A DNA stretch of 63,916 bases, counting the filler, from Basidiobolus meristosporus CBS 931.73 (Eukaryota > Fungi > Basidiobolomycota), in assembly GCA_002104905.1 (NCBI GenBank). It is 4 parts of 4 records of this genome, joined end to end, with 100 filler letters (N's around TTAATTAATTAA, not from the genome) between each part and the next. Parts side by side here need not be neighbours in the genome. Positions count along the whole stretch, not along the records: positions 39,923 to 53,654 come from MCFE01001195.1; positions 53,755 to 63,916 come from MCFE01001306.1; 2 more parts are not named here. One strand, 5' to 3'. The notes beneath the pieces were generated by a model. The model had not been told where the DNA came from. It was given only the letters and a program-made list of their open reading frames with translations, and ran no database searches. Every line of letters begins with the position of its first letter. Position 1 is the stretch's first letter. Positions 49,190 to 58,696 of this stretch are shown in pieces. The translations under genes were made by a program, and so were the position numbers.

Positions 49190-52100
49190 TTGAGGAATAG
49201 GGAGCTTAGCTAGTATTGTGTTCACTAAAATTTGAACTGATTTTTATCAAGGTTCCAGCAGCTCCTTATATACATTTTGTCAGATAAATTGTTGACAATT
49301 TGTATTTCCTGATGTAGGTTGTAGCTGATGACTCATTTGATTGCACCAGCATTGCTCAATAAGATCCTGCTTAATATATCCATTTCTGTCTGATAGGATC
49401 TACTAATTCATTTGCGGACTAATGCTACTGATTTGATAGATAACACTGATTTACTGATAGGCTAAATATATAACTAATTGATTTAACTAAAATGCAGAAT
49501 GATACCAAATAGTCTAATATTTCAACAGTTGCAATGATACATATATACTTTTTGCAGAGCTATGTAAATATAACTATTTGGTCAATATAAGGCAGTCTTA
49601 GAAGTACATGTGTCAAGTTTCTGCTCATTTAGACAAGTTTTGGATTTACAGATGATTCTGTACTTTACTAATCCCAAATAGTTAGCAAATATCTCACAAA
49701 CTAATATCTAAATTAATATTCTTTTATGTGCGACCTTGACTGAGTGCTTGTTCATAAATATTATTCATTAGGTGGGCTACTAACTATTTCAGCACTCTTG
49801 CTCACATAATATGTTTATATGCTTATAAGCTTGCTGTGGTGTTGTGTATTTTTAGGTTAAAATTAAACAGGCAATTGACTATTAAACCTATTGGACTAAG
49901 ACATTTTCCAATATATGTTAGGGATTGTATAGTATATGTAATAGTTAAGTATAAGCCTGTACTATTGATTATATACTTCAGATCAAATTACTTTGAGTGT
50001 GAATCCTGATTTCATTATATAATATCAGTGGATGAGTATCATCCATTCAGGTGGAGCAAAATTTCAGAGATACTTATCATATCCTGTCATACTTCCTACC
50101 ATTAGGTAACTGCACTCTCAGGCTTTCTACAGCTTCTTATTCATACATAATTGGCCCATGGTTGGCAAAGCTTGGATGTAATTTCTCTACGATAGATCTT
50201 GAATATCCACAGTTGCAGTACATAGTCTATTCCACTTAGACTCTTCTTCATTTACCCGTAACTGAATTGGGATAAGAATTTTTTTATATTTTCCATACAG
50301 CATCTGTTGGGGCCAATACTGTGCAGCTTTGTGATAGCCTTATTCTTCTCTGGTTGACCTGATGTTCTAGTTTCAGAATAGTACTTTGAATGATATTTAG
50401 CCTATGTATTCTTTATCTCTGATTTATTATATTAAACTGACTCCACCATACTGTGCCCATGTGTTCACCACAGTGGTAGTGTACAAGTACAAGGGAGAGA
50501 TATGTCCATCACTTTGCAAGTGTTTTGAGTGTAGGGTTAAATACTATAAGCATGTCTAAGTATTCCTGAGAGAGAGTTTGCATCAAGGTTGTGAATATTT
50601 CCATGGGAATGGTGCAGCCAAAACTCATAGCCAGGTAGCAATAAAGTCCATAGCTAGTTTTAAATGATGTGTTAGAGATATCTTCAGGTTTCATCCCAAT
50701 CTGGTTGAAACATGACATGAGGTCAATGTTGTTAAGTATGGTGAAACCATTAAGTAGGTTCAAAACCACATTGATCCAAGGTATGAAGTAATAAAATGTT
50801 ATGGTAATTTGGCCCAGGGGTTTGTAGTCAATGCATATCAAAAGTGCTCCATCCTTTTACTTTGCAACAAGCACTGGTATACCCCATGGTTACTTGCTGG
50901 GTCCAGCATATCTTTGCTCCATTGACTGATCAACCTATTGATTGATTGCTTCCAATCCCAACTGACTCATTTGGCAGGCTGACTTGCGTATAGGAGGACT
51001 ATTCCATGTGTCAACAGCGTGATTGGCTTTTTTGACTGATGCAAGACCTACTAGCCCATCCAGATACAGATCTGTATACTCCTTCAAAAGAGTCTGGAAT
51101 TTCTGTGAAGCTGAGGCAGCAAGATCCCCCTGTGATACCACTGTGGGAGACAGTGAAATACCCGTTCTAAGTCCTCTGCAGTACTACACCTTGCTAACCT
51201 CACTTGTGCCATGTACACCAGAACTGGCCAGGCTAGAAAGTATCCTTGTTGATGGTGGCTTATAAGTCTGATTGCCTCTTTTGATCCAAGTGGCCTGGGG
51301 ACTCCAGTTGATTGATGGATAACAGCAGAATAGCTATGTTTTTTCAAGTTACATAGTTCCCAATTATGTAGGCCTGTAGAGTTTCTGTATGTTCATTGAA
51401 TTTCACTCTGACTGGCTGAGTAATATAGCTGATTGTGTAAGTGCCCCCATTGGCTATTACACTGTTTTTGACTTTGTGGGTTCTGAGTTGATTTCAGCTC
51501 TCAAGGCACATTGATCTGGAATATACTTGTGTAAGGCTCCAGAATCAAACATAATCTTGGCATGTACTCTATTGATTAATCTATCCAAGTATACTAGCTT
51601 CTCTAAGATTGAGGTCATTTGAGATCAGTATTCTGCTATCATACAGAAGGTGAGTTCCAAGTATGTTTCTATACTCAAGGGCTTCAATGTGTTGAGGGTT
51701 CTTGTTGACTGCTGTCATTTCTTCTCTGAGGGCATTTCTTTGATATGTGCACATGATGATGGCAATTAAAGCATAGTCCTTTGTTTATACATTCTGCCAA
51801 GGACAGTTTCTTCTGAATTGCATCTATTTCTACTGACACTGCTTCTGATTAGCTTCTTTCATAGTGTTTGTAGCCTTTTTGACTAGCCACAACAGGCTTT
51901 CCAACTCCATGCATATCTGAGTTGCTGTGTTTAAGGGCTGCCATATGGCTAAATATTTTTGCTCACTAGTCACCATTTCTTCTCTCAGGGCAATACTTTG
52001 CATTATGACCTTACTAGGGGCAATTGTGACAAAGTCCTTTCTTTCAGCATTCTTCTAGGGTTATTCTGCAAAGCATCATTCCATTTGCACTATATATGAT

Positions 52101-53100
52101 TGCTTCTTTTGCAGTAATTATTCCTTATTTATCAGTCACTGAGGTTTTCCAATTCCAGGAATAGTTGAGCCATGGTCAATAGCAAACCAATGGCTTCTTT
52201 TGTAGTCTGATACTTCATGATTCAGTTCCTTGTAGGCTCTATTCTTTAGCCTATCAACTGATTGTTTAGTAAGATCATGGAGTTTGGTTTTTTCAATTTG
52301 GTCAAGTGGCAATCGTTACTTGTAGATGTATACTTGAACCATTCCTTTCTATTTGAGTGTCTTCAGATCCCTCCTTATTGGTTTCTACTAATGTGGAAAA
52401 CTAATGGCATTATGAATTTTGAACATAAGCTGATCCCAGGTAGAGATAGTACAATGACCATTATCCTGGCCAACCAGACCTTATTGTAAATCCACTTTTA
52501 AGCTGCATCTGCCAAGTAAAGATCTGCATAATGCAACTTTTTTCTGGGCCAATTCCTTTATCCTAAAAAGCCCTTTGACTTGAAAAAGACAAGTACTTGG
52601 GTTTTGATTTAGTTTACCATGGTGCCACCTATCTTTGACATTAAAGTTACTCTAGACAAGGCTTAGCTGGCTCTGGGCCATTGTGATCATACACAGATGC
52701 TGCAGGCTGGAGATTAGCAGTAGTTGTGGCTATTGGGCTTGGAGTTGTTGTGTGGCATTGTTTCATTGTTATTTTCTTAACATCTTGAGGGGGGCCTTGA
52801 CTTTCTTCAGAAAGGGATTTTTGATTTTTGCTGCTACCTATGTAACCAGTCTTGTTACAAGATTTGTAGCAGCATGGAGAGCTTAGCTAGTGTTGTATTA
52901 TTAAGTGCAGCTTGTGGCTGATGACTCATTCAAATACAATACTGTCACCCAACTATAGTTCATATATCATAGGTACATCTATTTCATAAGGATCTGTAAC
53001 TGATCAACTCACTTATAATACTGATTTGATAGACAACACTGATGTAATGTCAGGGTAATTATAAAACCACCTGATTTGACTAAAAGCTGTTCCCAGTCAT
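49190..53100 (-). mobile_element. Old, heavily decayed Ty3/gypsy element
   Basis: Protease-like MFDSGA near 51550, linker VDTWNSPPIRK, RT-like CIDYKPL...IDLMSCFNQI...FKTSYGLY (50509-50841). Possible diverged LTR pair near 49200-49500 and 52875-53100 (shared gagcttagctagt, gctgatgactcatt, ctgatttgataga). Confidence 0.6.
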
Positions 53101-53219
53101 ACATTCACATGACAGACCATACTGTGAGTATCTAGCAACATTTTTGATTGATGTGTTTGTTAGGAAAAGTCATAAACAGCTGGCTGATGGCAAAGAGGCT
53201 ACTGAGTGTTGCATGCACT

Positions 53220-53460
53220 TACTTCAAGGCTGGTAAATAATGACACCATTGCAAACTCAAGCTGATCTGCCAGATCAATCTGCAACTTTGTGGCACAATC
53301 TGGAATAGTAATCTCCGCAATGGTACCAACGGTGGACATAGGTACTGGAAATAATGCTCAATCCTATTTATATTGCACAGCACAGTGCTTTTCCTGCCAT
53401 ATTTACTCATCATATTGCTTCACAAACTGTCCTCTTAGTGAATATTGTTTTGTATGAGTC
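53220..53460 (-). mobile_element. Diverged remnant of the Harbinger transposase C-terminus and subterminal region
   Basis: By-eye homology to 40900-41100. Confidence 0.5.
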
Positions 53461-53654
53461 TACTAGGCAATCTTGCACGCTATGGTATTGTGAGGTTGGC
53501 ACTGAGGATTGCCCAAACTTTTAATGCTTGAATCATGTGCATTATTGGATACCACTATTATGGTTGGAAACTCCAGTATTTGGGTATGCTGCTTCAATGT
53601 AGATGGAATTAAATGTGTAACAGACTATACATTATACTGATAATTATAACTTTG

Positions 53655-53754
53655 NNNNNNNNNNNNNNNNNNNNNNNNNNNNNNNNNNNNNNNNNNNNTT
53701 AATTAATTAANNNNNNNNNNNNNNNNNNNNNNNNNNNNNNNNNNNNNNNNNNNN
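53655..53754. other. Scaffolding gap
   Basis: N pad with TTAATTAATTAA. Confidence 0.95.
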
Positions 53755-53764
53755 CTATTGCTCA

Positions 53765-55876
53765 ATGACCATTACCCCGTCTATGAGATACTTGCTATTA
53801 TATGGTGGGTATTCTGTTGAGCACTTTCAAGACAGCAAAATATCCCCGCCTTACGATCAGCATATAGCTGAAGAAACATCTGGCCGTGGAATACTCTATG
53901 AGCCCAGCTCAAAGGTTCAAATGATTCACCTTGCAGATCTACATGGTGATGAAGACATCACAGTGACAGTTCTCCCAACTCCAGACAACATATCAACTAC
54001 AGAGGCAGCCAAAGGGGTGATTTTAATTGGCAACAGCTGTGCTAGTGACCATGAGAATCTCTACATATATGGTGGTTTTGAGCTGAGCCATAGAGAATAC
54101 TCAGGGCGACATAAAAGTGCCAAAAAACGGGGGAAAAAAGCGATACAAAGCAAGAGTGGGGAGACAATCAATAGAAGACTGAGCAAGCTGGAGGTAATCA
54201 CTTACAAAGATGGCAATGGATACTCCAGAGTATTGGAGACAAGGCCATTCTTGAATAATCCGGTGAATATGCCTTCAGCAAGAGGTTGGGCAGTTCTTAT
54301 GTACGCATTTGATTGCTTATTCTTGCTGGGCGGCTATCCTACACCATTGGAACCACCTTAAACCCAACCAAACGGGAGTTTTTTAAACAAGTTCTACTGT
54401 TTAAAATTGCGAACTGGTGATTGGGAAAGACAATATGTACACTCAGCAATACAGGAGCTTGGAGAAGACTTTATTGCTGTGGTAAATGAGTATGGCAACC
54501 AAATCCAGTACATCAACAATGCAAATGTTACATTCACCTATGATGTCAATAATCAGATCTGGATTTACCCTCCCAATCCAAGTCAGGAAGAAATGAGTAC
54601 AAAGCAGCTACTAGGGCGCATTCTTAATGAATTGGCAGCAATCTCTCAGCGGCACAAGAGGGAAGGCAAAGGAAGTGCTGAGACTGAAAATATCTTGCGG
54701 CATAGTGCCCATGGTCTTACTGTCCCATTTAAGAACCATCAAGCATTTGGCGTACAATGGCTGATGTATACAGAGGCCATCCATAAAGGAGCATTGCTTG
54801 CCAATTCCATGGGACTTGGAAAGACATTGCAGATATTAAGTCTCATATTGGAGACACCTGAGCAAAGGCCAAATCTTATTGTTGTCACGCTTGGAATACT
54901 TCTCAATTGGGTGATAGAGATAAAGACAAAAACAAGGATATCTGATGAAGAGCTTCATGTATTTCATGGAAAATTCCGAGCTATCAAGAAGACAGATATG
55001 GAGACTAAGAAGATTGTGCTCACCACCTACCACACACTATGTGTTGAAGCAAGGAACCCTGATTTGCCTATATGGAATGTGAAATTTGGCCAAATAGTGG
55101 CCAATGAAGCAGATACACTTAAGAACTACAAAGGCGGTAGCTTAAACGCAGTGAGTAAAATTGATGGAGAATCCTTGATACTTGTCACTGCCACCCCATT
55201 CCAAAATGAGATTATGGATCTTTATTCATATTTCACATTATTCAATCTATGGAAAGGCATTCTAAAGGATTTCCATTGACTCCTACTTAAGGAGGCCAAT
55301 GCAAACAGGCTAGTTGAATGGGTTGTAGAAAGACTTGGCCCATTAATATTGAGACACGCTCCAGAGTCGCAAATATTTGGAGAACACGCAGTATCCATGC
55401 CTAGTATTCAAGAGCAGATTGTCTTGTGCCAATTCTTGCCAGAGGAGCTGCAGGAGTACAAACAACTGCAGTCAAGTCTTCCAGAGGAAGTCGGTTGGAT
55501 GGGTGCAAATACTTATCTGCATCTGTACTCATGCCATCCATCTATGTATACCTGGAGCAGGAAGAGGAATTGACTGAAAAAAGCGGCTGATGCTAGCATT
55601 GTCCAAGATATTGAGATGAGTGAGGATGATTTTCTACCTGAGATTGATGAGGATCTTGAGGTGGTTGCGGTTGAGGTTGAGGAGCAGCTTCAAGAGATTA
55701 ATAGCAAAGAGGTTGACAGCTCATCCAACATTCCATCTACTTCTGCACCAACTGCCATATGCACCAAAGACGCCCCTACAATTGCCCAAAGAAGGCTTGC
55801 GTTAGAGGACTCCAACAGGGTATTCATCCAAGATTTCCTCACTGGTGTAACCAACAACACTGTGAACAAGCATAGT
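53765..55876 (+). pseudogene. Kelch-repeat + SNF2-family ATPase (Rad5/Rad16/TTF2-like N lobe) in one intronless frame with three stops; cut by a transposon
   Basis: The four tracked ORFs share one frame, separated by TAA 54359, TGA 55277 and TGA 55571. Kelch-like LLLYGG, LYIYGG, PSARGWA..LFLLGG, FYCLKLRTGDW. SNF2 motifs HQAFGVQWL, GALLANSMGLGKTLQ, IVLTTY, IVANEAD, LVTATPFQN, SCHP. Confidence 0.8.
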
Positions 55877-58629
55877 AGACTTGTTCCATTGTACCGTGCC
55901 AGGGCGCGCGGTGCAATCCGCGGTTGCAAAGAACAATTGGGCGCAATATTATAGCTACTAGAAGGCAGGATTGTTCTTGGACAATTTTGCACTATGTGGG
56001 ACAATCTTGCACACTATGGCACAATCTGACACGATGAGGTTGGCGCGGATGATCGCGCCAACTTGTAATGCTTGCATCACGTGCGCAATTGGATACCGCT
56101 ATAATGGCAGGTATAATCCGGTATTCGGATATGTTTCTTTAATGTAAATGGAAATAAATGTGTATTACACTATAAACTACACTGATACTTACCATTTTGG
56201 TTACCCTCACTCCAATTGGATGGTATATCAGTGGTTAATTGGTCCAAAAGTATCCTGAAGCTGGCAGCCCCCAATTGGCTCATTGACTACTGAAAAAGCT
56301 ACCTGATTTGCCATCAAATATCCCATTTTGCCCATTGAGCAAGTAAATCCCTGATCCTAGTGATTGGGCAAGGTGTCATAGCTAGCATGCAAGCAATTGT
56401 GTAGGTGCAAAACAGATCCAATAGCTGCACTGGTATTACAGATGACGTATATATAGGCAGGGTGTTTATTTATAGGGGTTCTGTCTCAAATGTGAGATGA
56501 CCTTGATATTACTTATATCAAAAATTTGATGATCACTGATTTGCAATGGCTTGATTTGGATCGCAAAAAAAAGGGTTGTCGGGATCATTACAAATGTGAG
56601 CGATTCAAAGCAATCGCATCATCTTCTCCTGGGTTTTTTTCTCACAGGGATTACTACTGAAGCATTTGGTAGTGACTCACTTTGCACACCTATACTACTT
56701 CCTGGCTGACTATCATCTTGGCTACTTGTGTATTTGTAGTCAGTATTTTGCCTCCTAGTTGATGAGTGCAATGCTGCAGCTTGGCCGTGCTGAATTGCTC
56801 CGACTGAACCAACTGAACCAACTGAACCGGCCTGTAGTGCCACGTGCTGACACGTTCTTTTACTTGCCAAGGGCTCCGGTGGTTGAGTCACTTCATGTTG
56901 GTCATCATCAGTCAGTTCACCAGAAGTAACTCGCTGATGGTCAGGCAAAACGGCACGCGCAGGCATGCCTTGACGCGTTGAGATGGCCCTTGGCTGAGTT
57001 TGATGTGATGCCGCATGTTGACGCGACTTGGTCTGCTCCAATGGACTTGTGTCTAAATGAGCAGTTTGGCGAGTTCTGGTAAAGGGTGTTGGCGTGGTCT
57101 GGACTGACATGCGCCGGCGCGCTGTGGTTGCAAGAGATGGTAGGGAATCCAGCAAGGCGTGCTGGCGCGATCTGGACAATGTTGCTCGCGGTCTGTATTC
57201 TTCCTCCTGAAGCTCACCATCTGATTCCTCAAGGTATTCACTTACCCTCTGTCTGATACTTTGGAGCTGTTGCCTGGATGAGTCCTGTGTATATTGCTCT
57301 CGGAAGCCACTTAGCTCTACTAATATATCACGTAGTACATTAGTCATTTGAGGCAAAAACTCATTCAAAATCTCTTTGGTTCCCAAAGTTGAGGCACAAA
57401 CAGACGCGTCCGGCCCGTACTGTGCAAATTGCGCGCAAAATCGTTCCCGCTGTTGTATCCAAGAGAAAGTGTAATAAAACTCTTGAATGGTTTAACTGAA
57501 CCAAAGGGACAATTAAGTGCAGAATCTTAGAATTGTCAGAGAGTGGCTGAAATATTAGCAGAAAGATTCTGATCTAATATTGGTCTTGGATATAGCTGGG
57601 TTGGCTATAAAGGCATTGATATTTGTTTGCTAGGCAGGCTAGGCTTGGTGTTCTTTGGAGTGCTAGATATACTAGGCTTGGATAGAAACTAGAACGGAAT
57701 TGTTGGATTCTTATTTTTGCTGAGACAGAATCTTAATTTCGTTGAGACACACACTAAACCAAAAGGTTCAGTAAACTTTATTTATACTTTTCTGATCAAG
57801 TTGAATTAGTCAGCGCCAAGGGACTGGATTGATTGAAATCAATTTGGGTGTTCATAGGTGCATAAGATAAATGAAAATTACATCATCAAACAACTGATGT
57901 CTTGGCAACTGCACAGTGGTTGGATAGATCTCAGATGACTAATCACTTGAGAAGGCTTGGCAGATAGGTTGATAACGTAATGACCATTTGAAAATAGATC
58001 AGGTGTGATAGCTAAAAATAGATTCTGAGGTGGGATAAAATAAACTGTAACTGGGATTTGTCATGTTTGGGTTAGGGAAAATCAGTTAGGGTACTAGATT
58101 TTCAAACGGAGTAAAATTGGCTAAGTTTTAAATGTTGATGCACAACACCCGCGCGGCTTCCTTGTCAAATCCCCTCACTCTCAGCTCATTCTTGATTTCA
58201 ATACTTGTCTTGTTATATATCTTTTTACATACATCGGCTGGCATCTTGATGTAGAACTCATGCCACAGCTTTCTACTCAAATTCTTCCATCTTTGTCGAC
58301 TCTCTGAGGTATCTAGTCCTGCTAGATTAATCAGTAGTTCCCAAATATCTGTATGAAGGCTCATCATAGACACTTGAGCCATACTAAAATCATTTGGCGA
58401 GAACTTGAACGGATCCGACATAGACTTTTCCGGTCCGGACCGCTCTTGTGAGCTGGGGGATGGGTTTTGTCTGGGTTGTACTAAAGATGAGTTGAGGCTT
58501 GGTATGGGGACCATAGCAACAGATTTGGATACTTATACAGCAGTATATTGGCATCAACCAGGTCTTATATGAAATATATATGAAAACTAAAGTGATTGTT
58601 GAATTTTCCATATATTATGCATGATGCAT
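55877..58629 (-). mobile_element. Second Harbinger copy (ORF2 half only), truncated at the telomere scar
   Basis: TIR AGACTTGTTCCATTG at 55877 after AGT; reverse-collinear with 42172-44191. The transposase and the other TIR are missing. Confidence 0.92.
57451..58147. mobile_element. Solo LTR of a third family inside Harbinger ORF2
   Basis: TGTTG...CAACA, 697 bp, perfect 5-bp TSD CCCGC (57446-57450 and 58148-58152). Removing it rejoins ORF2 (DKEAA|RERFCAQFAQYG). Confidence 0.9.
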
Positions 58630-58639
58630 AGGGTTAGGG
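58630..58639 (+). repeat. Interstitial telomeric remnant AGGGTTAGGG
   Basis: Sits exactly where Harbinger homology stops (58629) and where the retroelement 3' end begins; same polarity as the terminal array. Confidence 0.8.
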
Positions 58640-58696
58640 GGGAGACAGTCACCAACAGGTGAAATCTTTATTTCAGTTGAAACAAAGAAGCCAGCG

